Positions 37,297 to 47,503 are shown, counted from the first letter of the stretch. The stretch is 64,000 bases of DNA from an uncultured Acidobacteriota bacterium (GCA_963713825.1 CAVQNG010000025.1:128001-192000), one strand, 5' to 3'. Made by a program: numbers and translations. Notes: a model not told the origin generated them from the sequence alone.

Positions 37297-37776
37297 TCAG
37301 GTCCTGGGGCCGACGACCCATCGGGCCGTGAAGCGAGCGACCCGGGAACCGGTTTCGTCTTCCAGGATGGCTTCCACCTCGTACTCCGTCTTCTCTGTAG
37401 TGTCGGGTATCGGTGCCCGGCCTTCAGCCACGATCTCGCCCCGGGCCTTCTTATCGAACTCGACAGTGAAGTGTACGGGTATGCCTCTGAGCTGCTCGGG
37501 CAGTGCTGCTGTCATCGCCAAGCCGCTAGCCAGTTCGCCCAGATTGGTCATGGCCACGGCATGGATCGAATCGAAGTGGTTTCTCAAGCGGTGTCGATCG
37601 GCCATCCGCACCTTGGCATAGCCGGCACTCAATGCCTCGACCCTGGCTTTGATGGATCCCGAGTAGGGTACCCGCCTACCCAGCTGGTAGCTGAAAAGAA
37701 CCTTACCGGCTGGCAGGTGGAGGGCCCGATGCCATGAAGCGAGAAGGCGGTTGGAAGGTTTTTCGGAGGCTGGCAT
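37297..37776 (-). CDS. hotdog-fold protein (DUF4442/PaaI-like)
   Basis: VPYSGSI, NHFDSIHAVAM, FDKKARG. Confidence 0.82.
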   Translation of the reverse strand: MPASEKPSNRLLASWHRALHLPAGKVLFSYQLGRRVPYSGSIKARVEALSAGYAKVRMADRHRLRNHFDSIHAVAMTNLGELASGLAMTAALPEQLRGIPVHFTVEFDKKARGEIVAEGRAPIPDTTEKTEYEVEAILEDETGSRVARFTARWVVGPRT

Positions 37777-37884
37777 CTGATTCTCTCTCGTTGGTGTTTC
37801 GACGTTCCCGCAATTTACCCCTTGGACAGCGGCAGGATCAACCGCTGCTCATGAGCCGACATCCTGTGTTATAAGGCAGACGAC

Positions 37885-39516
37885 ATGAATAGCGACAGTC
37901 TTTACGAGCGGGTCTTGGAGCAAGTCGGGAAAGGAGCCCAACTGCCGCAACCCAGGCCACCGAGGGCCTCCGCCTCGGTCGTTCCATGGCGAGAATCAGA
38001 CGTCGGTCTCGAGGTCTATTGGGTCAAGCGAGCCGAGAGCCTGACTTTCATGGGAGGGTGGCACGCTTTCCCGGGAGGTGGACTGTCACAGCGAGACCAG
38101 GAGGTCGAATTCAGCGGCCAGCCTCAAGAGCTTGACGAGGCCCCTCGGGATGGAGCGGCTCCGGAAGCGGTGCTCGACGGAGTCTCCGATCTGGGCCCGA
38201 TCGACCCACCAGGGCTGCTGATCTGCACTGTGCGAGAGCTCTTCGAGGAGACGGGCTTGATGCTCGGAACCCCTGCCGGGGCGCCTATCGCCGCGGCCGC
38301 TTCGGCGACCCAGCTGCGTCGATTGCGTCGGCAGCTGCTGTCCAAGGAAATCGACTTTGCTGGCCTGCTGTCGAGCGCCAATCTAGTGCCAGAAGTCTCG
38401 GAGTTGGTCTACGCAGGTCGTTGGCTCACACCACCGCTGGGCCCGATGCGATTCGACAATCGGTTCTTTCTTCTCAACTGGCAGGAGACCATGGCCATGC
38501 AGCCCGAGATCGTCGTTGGAGAGCTCGAGTCGGGAGAGTGGGTGCAGCCGGCGATGGCTCTGCAGAGGTGGCGGGACGGTGAGGTGTTGGCCGCGCCGCC
38601 GATTCTCCATATCTTGAGGGTTCTGCAGGAGGCAGGGCCGGTCGGCGGCCTCGCGCGCCTGCAAGAACCGAGGGAGCATAATCTGGGTCCATACCGAAGG
38701 ATCGAGTTTCGGCCCGGCGTCCTCCTGCTACCTCAGCGCAGTCTGACGCTGCCCCCCGCCTTCTACACCAACGCATATCTGTTGGGGACCAGAGATTGTG
38801 TTCTCATCGATCCTGGCTCTGCCCAGAAGGAGGAGGTCGGGCGGCTGAGAAGGGGGCTCGAGGCAATCGAGCTAAGACTCGATCGCCGAGTCACCGCCAT
38901 CTGGTTGACCCATCATCACCCTGACCATGTGGGAGGAGTGGAGCCTCTGCGGGAGGACCTGGGGGTTCCGGTTCTGGCCCATCCAGCAACCGCAGAACGC
39001 CTGCAGGAGCGCGGCTTGAAGGTCGACGGTGAGTTGCAGGATGATGAACGGGTGACTCTGCCTGGCGAGCCACCGATGGAGATTCGTGTCCTCCATACTC
39101 CTGGGCATGCACGTGGTCATCTCTGCTTTCTGGTAGAGGACGACGGCTCCTTGTTGGCGGGTGACATGGTCGCCGGTCTGGGCACGATCGTCATCGATCC
39201 GCCCGAGGGCGACATGAGCGCTTATCTGAAGTCGCTCGCGCGACTGCGAGATCTGAAGCCGAAGACGATTTTCCCGGCCCATGGACCTGCGATCAAGAAC
39301 GCAGTTGCCAAGTTGGTCGAGATGCTTGACCATCGGCTGGTGAGGGAGCAGAGAATCCTGGAAGCCTGGCGCACGGGTCGTCGAAAACCCGCCGAGATCC
39401 TGGAAGTGGCCTATGATGAGATTCCCGAGATCGTGCGACCTCTGGCCGAACGCCAGGTCTTGGCGCATCTCGAGCGATTGAGGTCGGCTGGGTCTCTCGA
39501 CGACGGCCAAGCCTGA
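37885..39516 (+). CDS. NUDIX + metallo-beta-lactamase (LACTB2-like) fusion
   Basis: FPGG...RELFEETG, RFDNRFF; THHHPDHVGG, HTPGHARGH, PAHG, C-terminal wHTH-like end. Confidence 0.88.
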   Translation: MNSDSLYERVLEQVGKGAQLPQPRPPRASASVVPWRESDVGLEVYWVKRAESLTFMGGWHAFPGGGLSQRDQEVEFSGQPQELDEAPRDGAAPEAVLDGVSDLGPIDPPGLLICTVRELFEETGLMLGTPAGAPIAAAASATQLRRLRRQLLSKEIDFAGLLSSANLVPEVSELVYAGRWLTPPLGPMRFDNRFFLLNWQETMAMQPEIVVGELESGEWVQPAMALQRWRDGEVLAAPPILHILRVLQEAGPVGGLARLQEPREHNLGPYRRIEFRPGVLLLPQRSLTLPPAFYTNAYLLGTRDCVLIDPGSAQKEEVGRLRRGLEAIELRLDRRVTAIWLTHHHPDHVGGVEPLREDLGVPVLAHPATAERLQERGLKVDGELQDDERVTLPGEPPMEIRVLHTPGHARGHLCFLVEDDGSLLAGDMVAGLGTIVIDPPEGDMSAYLKSLARLRDLKPKTIFPAHGPAIKNAVAKLVEMLDHRLVREQRILEAWRTGRRKPAEILEVAYDEIPEIVRPLAERQVLAHLERLRSAGSLDDGQA

Positions 39517-39536
39517 AGCGCCCAGGGGAACCAATC

Positions 39537-40022
39537 ATGTCAGGTGAAGAGTTCGATTATCCCGCGCTGATTCATGAGGCCCTCATTGGTGTCGTGCGTG
39601 AGGTCTTGACCCGCGTGGCGGAAGACGGCCTGCCTGGTGATCACCATTTCTACTTGACCTTCAAGACGGACCACCCGGAAGTCATGATGCCCGCCGGGCT
39701 GAGACTGCGTCACCCAGATACGATGACGATCGTCTTGCAGCACCAGTTCTGGAACCTGTCGGTCGAGGAGGAGGTCTTCGGAGTGACACTGCGATTCGGA
39801 GGCGCGAAGCAGGCACTCACGATCCCCTTCGAGGCGCTCACCAGCTTCATCGATCCGGATGCGGAGTTTGGTCTGCAGCTTGGAGCGGCGAGCGACGACG
39901 ATGAAGAGGTTGCCAGGGGCGGCGAAGCCGACCAGGAGCCGGCACGAGACGAATCCAAGTCGGCGCCGAACAAGCCAGGCGAAGTGATCTCCATCGACGA
40001 GTTTCGCAAGAAGACAGACTAG
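39537..40022 (+). CDS. sspB: ClpXP specificity-enhancing factor SspB (alphaproteobacterial type)
   Basis: GLPGDHHFYLTF, MTIVLQHQFW, FIDP, C-terminal VISIDEFRKK. Confidence 0.9.
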   Translation: MSGEEFDYPALIHEALIGVVREVLTRVAEDGLPGDHHFYLTFKTDHPEVMMPAGLRLRHPDTMTIVLQHQFWNLSVEEEVFGVTLRFGGAKQALTIPFEALTSFIDPDAEFGLQLGAASDDDEEVARGGEADQEPARDESKSAPNKPGEVISIDEFRKKTD

Positions 40023-40031
40023 GGCGCCCGG

Positions 40032-40718
40032 ATGGAGCAGATTGATTGGTCCCCTATTCGCCTGGTGGTCTTCGATCTGGATGGGACTCTCTACGACCAG
40101 AATTGCCTGCGGCGACGGATGCTCCGGGAATTGGGACTGTATTGTCTGCGCCATCCGCCGGCGGTGGGTTTGTTCAGGGTCATCGGCGTGTTCCGCCGGG
40201 CGAGAGAGCGCCTGGCGGAGGAGCAGGCCAGCAACATCGCAAAGCTGCAGTACGAGCGGCCGGCCGCCAAATTGGCGATGAGGCCCGAGGCGGTAGCCGA
40301 GGTGATCAGGGAGTGGTTCGAGGAGCGGCCCCTGAGACACCTGGAGTGCTGCCGATATGCCTCCATCGATCAGGTGTTCGAGAGCTTGCGCGGCTCCGGT
40401 CGGCAGGTTGGAGTGTTCTCGGACTACCCTGTTCGAGACAAGCTTCGAGCCTTGAACCTGGAAGCGGATCTGGTCGCCGCCGCGGCTGAAGCGGAGATCG
40501 ATCGATTGAAGCCTCATCCTGCCGGGCTCGAGAGGTTGATGAGACGAGCCGGTGTGACGCCCGAGCAAAGTCTGATGATCGGCGACCGGGAAGATAGGGA
40601 CGGCGCCTGTGCTCGCAATGCCGGAGTTCAGTACCTCATCAAGACAGCTTCGCCCCAGGCGCCGCATCACTTTCGAGATTTTCGAGAATTGCTACCCGGG
40701 CCAGTTGGAGTAAAGTAG
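40032..40718 (+). CDS. HAD-superfamily hydrolase
   Basis: FDLDGTLY, FSDY, KPHP, IGDREDRD. Confidence 0.88.
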   Translation: MEQIDWSPIRLVVFDLDGTLYDQNCLRRRMLRELGLYCLRHPPAVGLFRVIGVFRRARERLAEEQASNIAKLQYERPAAKLAMRPEAVAEVIREWFEERPLRHLECCRYASIDQVFESLRGSGRQVGVFSDYPVRDKLRALNLEADLVAAAAEAEIDRLKPHPAGLERLMRRAGVTPEQSLMIGDREDRDGACARNAGVQYLIKTASPQAPHHFRDFRELLPGPVGVK

Positions 40719-40835
40719 GGGTCTGTGTCGACGGGGTAGCGCTGGGAAGCGGCCCCGTTGTAACGTCGAGCCCACCGAATCGCCGGGGTCGGCTGTTCCC
40801 GGCCCGAGACAGGCGATATTGAGGAGAGTAGGACA

Positions 40836-41390
40836 ATGACAAGAATGACAGGTATGAAGGTTCTAGGTGCGTTGATGGTTGTTTTGTTGCTGGCCGTGGG
40901 CAGCGCTCCACTGCTGGCTCAGGAAGCGCCAATCAAGATAGCGATCGTCGATCTGGAGGCGGTTGTCGCCCAATCGAAACAGGGCCAGGATCTCCAGGCT
41001 CGTATGGAGGGCTTCCAGCAGCAGGTACAGCAGGAGATGACAACCTTGAACCAGCAGGCCAACGAGTTGCGGCAGCGGCTTGCCGACGGTGCCAACTCTC
41101 TGTCCGAGTCGCGGTTGGCCGAGCTCAACAAAGAGTACGAGGATGCCACCATCGCCTTGCGCCGGTTCAGGGACGACAAACAGCGCGAAGGCCAGAAGAT
41201 GCAAGAGGAGAGTCTGCGGGAAATCGAGGGTCTGCTCGAGCCTGTCTTCGAGCAAGTCAGGGCCGAGATGGGGTTCGATCTCATCCTCAACAACGTACCG
41301 GGGGTGGTTCTCATGGCTGGTGAGCGAGTCGACATCACTGGCATGATGGTCGAGCGCTTCAACGCCGCTGCCAACTCTGGCGGAGAGTAG
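40836..41390 (+). CDS. skp: OmpH/Skp periplasmic chaperone
   Basis: Signal peptide, KIAIVD, long coiled coil, FDLIL, VDIT. Confidence 0.9.
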   Translation: MTRMTGMKVLGALMVVLLLAVGSAPLLAQEAPIKIAIVDLEAVVAQSKQGQDLQARMEGFQQQVQQEMTTLNQQANELRQRLADGANSLSESRLAELNKEYEDATIALRRFRDDKQREGQKMQEESLREIEGLLEPVFEQVRAEMGFDLILNNVPGVVLMAGERVDITGMMVERFNAAANSGGE

Positions 41391-41498
41391 GGCAGACAAC
41401 CGACGGCCAGGACTCTAGATTGGGGCTTGGCCCGCCCCCGCATCCCTGAATCGTAGCTCCGAGCCTCGCCTGCCGGTCTACCCTTGAGAGGCCTCGAG

Positions 41499-42830
41499 GT
41501 GAAAGACCGCAATCCAGCTGACAGTGTTGGTTACCGCGAGCTTCTCGCCGGCAACACGAACTACCGCCGCATCTGGCTCGGTGAGGTGGCGTCGTGGTTT
41601 GGCGACTGGTTCAACGCCATAGCCTTGTACACGCTGGTTCGCGAGTTGACCGGTTCGCCCCTGGCTCTGGGACTGGTGTTCCTCACGAAGATGGTCCCGT
41701 TCGCGGTCGCCTCGCCGCTGGCGGGTCTACTGGTCGATCGTTTCAACCGACGTCGGCTGATGATCGCCGCCGATCTGCTGCGCGCTGTCGTGGTTCTGGG
41801 CTTCCTGCTGGTCCATGAGGCCGGCGATCTCTATCTAATCTACGGCCTGACAGGCGCGCAGGTGATCCTGACGGCGGTCTTCATTCCTGCCCGCAGTGCC
41901 TCGATTCCCAACGTCACGACCGACGGTGAGCTGCTCACCGCCAACGCCCTGTCAGCGGCCACCTGGTCGACCTTGCTGGCGGTGGGGGCAGCTCTGGGTG
42001 GCGTCGCCACGGACTGGTTCGGAGTCCGGGTTGTCTTCGTGCTGGACTCTTTGAGCTACTTGGTTTCGGCAGCCTTCCTGTGGCGTGCGACGATTCCACA
42101 AGAGACAGAGCCGGGAAGCTCCGCAGGGTCGGTCAAGACGGCTCTCGGAGATATCGCGAAGGGATGGCGGTATCTCTGGGAGCACGGACCCGTCGGACGC
42201 ATGGCGTTGGCCAAATCGAGCTGGTCCCTCGGCGGCGGGGCGCTGGTCTACATGCTGGCTCTGTTGGGCGAGGTCGTGATGCCGGGCTCGCCCGCACTGG
42301 GTATCGGACTGCTCTACGGCCTGCGGGGACTCGGTACGGGGATCGGACCAGTGGCAGTCCGTTCCTGGCTACCTGATGAGAAGCGCTGGCCGCTCATGAT
42401 GGGCATCGGAATCGTGATCTCCGGTCTCTGCTATTTCGCGGTCGGTGCCGTTCCATGGCTGCTGGCCATCGCAGTCCTGGTGGTATTGGCACACGCTCCG
42501 AGCGGTGCCAATTGGGTAGCCTCGACGGTGCTGCTACAGAAGCGGACCGTAGACAGCTATCGGGGTCGGGTCTTCTCCGCAGAGTGGTTGGCAGTGACCG
42601 TCGCGGATAGCGTCTCGATCCTCACGGCCAGTCTGCTGCTCGAATCAGGATTGATCTCCTTGCGCACGGGGATTCTGATCTTTGCGGTGGTGCAGATTCT
42701 CTGCGGCGCGCTGTGGATCGGTCTGGTGGTTCCGGCCGAGCGCCGAGAGGACCTCACTCAGGCTCGTGCAGGGACAGGGCCTGGTCGAGGAAAGCCAGCT
42801 GCAGTCGCATCTGATCGCGAATCGGCATAG
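41499..42830 (+). CDS. MFS transporter (DHA3-like)
   Basis: About 12 TM; AGLLVDRFNRRRLMIAADLLR, YRGRVFS. Confidence 0.9.
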   Translation: MKDRNPADSVGYRELLAGNTNYRRIWLGEVASWFGDWFNAIALYTLVRELTGSPLALGLVFLTKMVPFAVASPLAGLLVDRFNRRRLMIAADLLRAVVVLGFLLVHEAGDLYLIYGLTGAQVILTAVFIPARSASIPNVTTDGELLTANALSAATWSTLLAVGAALGGVATDWFGVRVVFVLDSLSYLVSAAFLWRATIPQETEPGSSAGSVKTALGDIAKGWRYLWEHGPVGRMALAKSSWSLGGGALVYMLALLGEVVMPGSPALGIGLLYGLRGLGTGIGPVAVRSWLPDEKRWPLMMGIGIVISGLCYFAVGAVPWLLAIAVLVVLAHAPSGANWVASTVLLQKRTVDSYRGRVFSAEWLAVTVADSVSILTASLLLESGLISLRTGILIFAVVQILCGALWIGLVVPAERREDLTQARAGTGPGRGKPAAVASDRESA

Positions 42831-43824
42831 CGTGGACTCCGGCCTCGAAGAGCGCCTGCCTGGCGATATCGGTCGGCTTGTCGGACACGAGCTCCAGGAG
42901 CCAGGCCAGAAGGCGCTTTCGACCCTCGGTGCCCTTCTCGAATCGAGGCGTGTCAGGAGATTCGGCGACGTCATCCACCAGGAATAGGGGCATCTCCGAT
43001 ACCAGAGTGAGGGGATCTCCCCCCAGGCTGCGCACGTACTCCATGGAGCTCGGTCGAAAGAGGGCAGCGGTCTCGAGGTCTCCAAGTGCTTCGAAGTGGG
43101 CGGCCATGGCCCGCGAGTCGGGACGAGTCGAGAATCCTTCGTCGATACGGTAGAAGCCCTTCTCACCCTTGCGATCCAGGTCCATCGGGCGATAGCCCAT
43201 CGATCGAACCAGGTCCCGTAGTGTCTCTCGCATCGCTACCGTGCGATCAGCCCAGGATGCCTCGAGGAGAAACCAGGGTCCGGGCGCCAGGCCCATGCCA
43301 TGAAAGCTGGCGTGCAGCTGGAAGGGACCTTCGGCACTGAGGAAACCAGCAACGGCGAGATTCTCAGGTCTCGCAGCCCTATCCAAAGGGTCTCGTGGGA
43401 AGCCGAACTCGATGTCGTCGCCGGGTAGCTCGCGGACGACCTCTTGGACATAGGCCACCAGGTCGTAGGCCTCATCGGGCTCGTTCAGATGGTCTGTGGT
43501 CGGGACGGTCGAATCACTCCAGGCAGCGTTGATGGCGGCCCCGTCCGGATTGACATGCGGAACGATCGACCAGCGCCAATCGCGGATCAAGGGATGAGTC
43601 TCGGGCAGCCTGCCTAGATAGGTCACCAGTCTGGCCAGCATGGCAGGGCCGACTGGCTCGTCGGCGTGGCAGCCGCCGATCAAGCTGATACGGAGCGGAC
43701 CGTCTCCCAGGACGTAGGCCTCGATCGAGGCCCCCTGCCGCGACTGTCCGATGGTTCGCCCCCGCGTCGTGGCGGCAATCGGGTCCGCGACCAGAATGGC
43801 TTCGATATCCAAGAGCTGCTGCAT
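42754..43824 (-). CDS. M14-family zinc carboxypeptidase-like protein
   Basis: IGQSRQG, GCHADEP (HxxE), NPDG, SFHG; ATG at 43824 with GAGG RBS. Confidence 0.82.
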   Translation of the reverse strand: MQQLLDIEAILVADPIAATTRGRTIGQSRQGASIEAYVLGDGPLRISLIGGCHADEPVGPAMLARLVTYLGRLPETHPLIRDWRWSIVPHVNPDGAAINAAWSDSTVPTTDHLNEPDEAYDLVAYVQEVVRELPGDDIEFGFPRDPLDRAARPENLAVAGFLSAEGPFQLHASFHGMGLAPGPWFLLEASWADRTVAMRETLRDLVRSMGYRPMDLDRKGEKGFYRIDEGFSTRPDSRAMAAHFEALGDLETAALFRPSSMEYVRSLGGDPLTLVSEMPLFLVDDVAESPDTPRFEKGTEGRKRLLAWLLELVSDKPTDIARQALFEAGVHAMPIRDQMRLQLAFLDQALSLHEPE

Positions 43825-43942
43825 CGTGTCCTCGTGGTCTGGAATTGAGCTCCGCAAGTCTACCTCGGAAGGTTCGAGGCCCTTGATAGACTTCCCCTGT
43901 TTCAACGCATGTTCTGCAGGACTCCTGAGGAGAGGAGGGATC

Positions 43943-44551
43943 ATGTCGGAAGACCCTTACAGTCAGCTCGTCTCCCTCGATGTCGATCGTCCATTCTGGC
44001 AGCGAGTCTTCTCGGTGGCACCGCTGGTGGTAGTCGGCTCGACAGAACAAGATGGCTCTGTCGACTTGGCGCCGAAACACATGGTGACGCCCTTGGGCTG
44101 GGAAAACTACTTTGGATTCGTCTGTGCGCCGACCCACTCGACCTATCGGAACATCAAGCGAGAAGAGTGCTTCACAGTGAGCTACGTGAATCCAGATCAG
44201 GTTGTGCTTACCAGCCTTGCAGCGGCCCCGCGCTGCGAAGATGGCACCAAGTCCACATTGCGGGCCGTACCCACCATTCCCTCGCGCTACACGGACGGAG
44301 CCTTCATGCAGGACTCGTATCTGCTTCTCGAGTGCGAACTCGAGCGGATCGTCGATGGTTTCGGCCCCAATAGCTTGATCGCCGGCAAGGTCATGGCTGC
44401 GTACGCCCACCGAGACGCCTTGCGGGGCGACGATCGGGACGATCAGGATGTGTTGAAGGCGCGTCCCCTCCTGGCCTACCTCCACCCGAATCGGTTCACG
44501 AAGATCGAGATGAGCCAATCATTTCCACTGCCCGCCGGTTTTCGGCGCTGA
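43943..44551 (+). CDS. flavin reductase-like FMN-binding protein
   Basis: PLVVVGS, DLAP, TYRNI...FTVS, LECEL; strong AGGAGG RBS. Confidence 0.8.
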   Translation: MSEDPYSQLVSLDVDRPFWQRVFSVAPLVVVGSTEQDGSVDLAPKHMVTPLGWENYFGFVCAPTHSTYRNIKREECFTVSYVNPDQVVLTSLAAAPRCEDGTKSTLRAVPTIPSRYTDGAFMQDSYLLLECELERIVDGFGPNSLIAGKVMAAYAHRDALRGDDRDDQDVLKARPLLAYLHPNRFTKIEMSQSFPLPAGFRR

Positions 44552-44560
44552 AGCCTATCG

Positions 44561-45757
44561 ATGCCATCGGCTCGGGCTCGAGGAATCCTGGACGATCTGC
44601 GCTCTTGTCGGGCCGAGATGTACGAGTCTCTGGAGCAACTCGTCATGGCAGAGTCTCCATCGGTGGATCCGGCCTCGCAAGCTGACGTTCAGGCGGCTTT
44701 GACACAAGAGCTGGAAGCGAACGGGTTTCGGGTTCGACGACTTCCGGGACGCAAGACCGGCGGCCACTTGCTGGCTGTGCCCAAAGTGCGGCACCGAAAC
44801 CAACCTATTCAGGCCCTGATTGGCCACTGCGACACTGTCTGGCCCCGAGGAACGCTCAGCAGTATGCCGATCACGATTCGAGCCGGTCATATGACAGGCC
44901 CTGGAATCTACGACATGAAGGGTGGCTTGGTGCTGATGATGTTCGCGCTGCGAGCCCTCGCCAACCAGGGTCTCGAACCCGAAGTTCTGCCGGTCGTTCT
45001 TATCAATTCGGACGAGGAGATCGGTAGTGGCGAGTCGCGCCGCAGTGTCGAACGCCTGGCGAAGATCGCTGATCGGGTGTTCGTATTGGAGCCGGCGATG
45101 GGACAGACCGGAGCCCTGAAGACGGCTCGCAAGGGTGTCGGTCAGTTCAGGGTCAGGGTGAGTGGTAAGGCCGCTCATGCAGGCCTCGAGCCGAGCCAAG
45201 GGGTGAGTGCCATTCTCGAGCTTTCTCACGTGGTCCAGAAGCTCTTCGCGCTCAATGATCCGGAGGTTGGGATCACGGTGAACGTCGGCACGATCGACGG
45301 GGGAATGCGCCCCAACGTGGTCGCACCCGAAAGTACAGCGGAAGTCGATGTGCGCGTTCTGACCACCCAACAGGCACGCCAGGTGGAGGAGGCGATTCGA
45401 CGCCTCGAGCCCGAGACACCTGGAGCCGTCCTGCAGGTGGAAGGCGATCTGGACATTCCACCTCTGGAGCGCACGCCTCGCAATCGGCTGCTGTGGCATC
45501 GCGCTCAGAAGGTGGCGAGTGAGTTGGACATGGAGCTCGAAGAGTGTCTGGCAGGGGGTGGCTCCGACGGCAACGTGGCCAGCCTCCATGCACCGACACT
45601 GGATGGGCTGGGTCCAGTCGGCGCGGGCGCCCATGCAGCACACGAGTACATCGAGTTGGACAGCATGGTGGAGCGCGGAGCGCTTCTGGCACTGTTGCTG
45701 CTGGAACCGCCCCTGAATTGGCAAGCCGAGCTCGAGAGCCGGGCCGAAGGGGAATGA
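44561..45757 (+). CDS. M20-family metallopeptidase (glutamate carboxypeptidase-like)
   Basis: GHCDTVW, GPGIYDMKGG, SDEEIGS, GKAAHAG, GGSDGN, GAHAAHE. Confidence 0.92.
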   Translation: MPSARARGILDDLRSCRAEMYESLEQLVMAESPSVDPASQADVQAALTQELEANGFRVRRLPGRKTGGHLLAVPKVRHRNQPIQALIGHCDTVWPRGTLSSMPITIRAGHMTGPGIYDMKGGLVLMMFALRALANQGLEPEVLPVVLINSDEEIGSGESRRSVERLAKIADRVFVLEPAMGQTGALKTARKGVGQFRVRVSGKAAHAGLEPSQGVSAILELSHVVQKLFALNDPEVGITVNVGTIDGGMRPNVVAPESTAEVDVRVLTTQQARQVEEAIRRLEPETPGAVLQVEGDLDIPPLERTPRNRLLWHRAQKVASELDMELEECLAGGGSDGNVASLHAPTLDGLGPVGAGAHAAHEYIELDSMVERGALLALLLLEPPLNWQAELESRAEGE

Positions 45758-45880
45758 CGTACTATTGCTGCGGCGTACTGGCAATGGCTCGCGGCCGAGA
45801 GCCCGGTCGGGCTTGGGCCGATTGCTCGTGAAGGTTCGGAAAATCGTGCGACTCGGAAACCAACTTTGGGAGCTTCGACA

Positions 45881-47503
45881 GTGAATTGGGTGAGCATTCT
45901 GGGACTCGTGGCATTGCTCGGAATCGCTTGGGGCATGTCCTACTACAGACGGGATGTGAAGCTACGCCCCATTCTCTGGGGCCTGGGACTGCAATTCGTT
46001 CTGGCGCTCATCATTCTTCGCGAGGACGTCTGGAGTTTTGTCGGCATGGGCTTGCTCGGCCTTCTCGTCATCTTCTACCTGATGGATGACAAGGGAGAAG
46101 GGGGAGGACTCGGATTAGGCAGGTCTGTGGTTGTGTTGGCCGCCAGTCTCATTGTCGGTGCGCTGGTCGCGCAGCTACCCGCGCAGCTTCTTCTGATGGG
46201 TCTCGGAGCATTGCTGGTTGCCTTGTTTTTCAACAGGCGCTTCGGGCTGGCCCCCGGGGCTCAGAAGTTCATGAGTGCTCTGCTCGTCATCGTGCTCGTT
46301 GGATGGATGGTCGCCACCAACCTGCACGGTCAGAAGGCCTTTCAGTACTTCAGCACGGGAGCCGCGAATTTTTTGAACCTGTCAGACTACGGCGCCAGGT
46401 TCTTGTTCGGAAACCTGGCCGATTCCCAGTACTTCTTCCCTGGTCCAGAAGGCGGGTGGCCTGGCTTCGGTATGCAGTTCGCTTTCAAGGTCCTGCCGAC
46501 CATCATCTTCTTCGGCGGCTTCATGGGGGTTCTCTACTACCTCGGAATCATGCAGAAGGTCATCGAAGCGCTGAGTCGCTTCATGCGATGGACTATCGGT
46601 ACCAGTGGTGCGGAGACCCTCTCTTGCACCGCCAACATTTTCGTCGGTCAGACGGAGGCTCCGCTGCTGATCAAGCCCTTTCTGGCGGGCATGACGCAAT
46701 CCGAGCTCCTGACGATCATGGTTGGGGGCTTCGCCACCATCGCGGGTGGGGTGTTGGCTGGCTATATCGCCATGGGAGTGCCGGCAGGCCATCTGGTCGC
46801 GGCCAGCGTCATGTCGGCACCTGCGGCGTTGGTCATCGGCAAGATCATCTTTCCGGAGAAGGAGCATTCGCAGACCGCTGGAGACGCCAAGCTGCCGGAG
46901 ATCGAGAGCGGCGGCAATGTCATCGAAGCGGCTTCCAACGGTATCGTCGACGGCCTCAAGCTGGCGGTCAACGTCGGCGCCATGCTGATCGGGTTCATCG
47001 CCCTGATTGCCGTCGTCGACGTGATCATGGGTCTCGTCGATCGATTGATCGACGGCCGCATCCTGGGTGGGACCTACGTCGCCTATGCCGCGAGTGGAAT
47101 GTCTCCAGCAGTCGGTGAGTTCCAGGGGATCTTCCCGGGCTCGCTGCAGACCCTGTTCGGTACGCTCTTGAAGCCGCTGGCATGGCTGATGGGTGTGCCC
47201 TGGGCCGATGCCTCGAGAGTGGGGAATCTTCTCGGCGTCAAGCTGTCGCTCAATGAGTTCGTGGCTTTTGGCACACTCGGTAGCTACATTCAGGAAGGTC
47301 TTCTGAGCGAAAGAGCCATTGTCATTTCGACCTACGCTCTGTGCGGCTTCGCCAACTTCTCGTCCATCGGAATCCAAATCGGCGGCATCAGTGCCCTGGC
47401 CCCTGAAAGAAAGGGAGATCTAGCCAGGGTCGGCCTGAAAGCCATGTTCGGTGGAGCGCTGGCTTCCTGGCTCACCGCGACGATTGTCGGCATTTTGCAT
47501 TGA
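45881..47503 (+). CDS. nupC: CNT-family nucleoside transporter with extra hydrophobic insertion
   Basis: FKVLPTIIFF, NIFVGQTEAP, GFATIAGGV, NEFVAF, YALCGFANFSSIGIQIGG. Confidence 0.93.
   Translation: MNWVSILGLVALLGIAWGMSYYRRDVKLRPILWGLGLQFVLALIILREDVWSFVGMGLLGLLVIFYLMDDKGEGGGLGLGRSVVVLAASLIVGALVAQLPAQLLLMGLGALLVALFFNRRFGLAPGAQKFMSALLVIVLVGWMVATNLHGQKAFQYFSTGAANFLNLSDYGARFLFGNLADSQYFFPGPEGGWPGFGMQFAFKVLPTIIFFGGFMGVLYYLGIMQKVIEALSRFMRWTIGTSGAETLSCTANIFVGQTEAPLLIKPFLAGMTQSELLTIMVGGFATIAGGVLAGYIAMGVPAGHLVAASVMSAPAALVIGKIIFPEKEHSQTAGDAKLPEIESGGNVIEAASNGIVDGLKLAVNVGAMLIGFIALIAVVDVIMGLVDRLIDGRILGGTYVAYAASGMSPAVGEFQGIFPGSLQTLFGTLLKPLAWLMGVPWADASRVGNLLGVKLSLNEFVAFGTLGSYIQEGLLSERAIVISTYALCGFANFSSIGIQIGGISALAPERKGDLARVGLKAMFGGALASWLTATIVGILH

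Noticed and set aside
40719-40835. Hairpin-rich leader of skp resembling a cobalamin riboswitch (GGGAA, GCCCC)
   Set aside because: It is too short, lacks the conserved B12-box order, and the downstream gene is unrelated to B12.
45758-45880. Possible purine riboswitch upstream of nupC
   Set aside because: A GC hairpin is present, but I could not find the purine-riboswitch core sequences; an Rfam scan would settle it.
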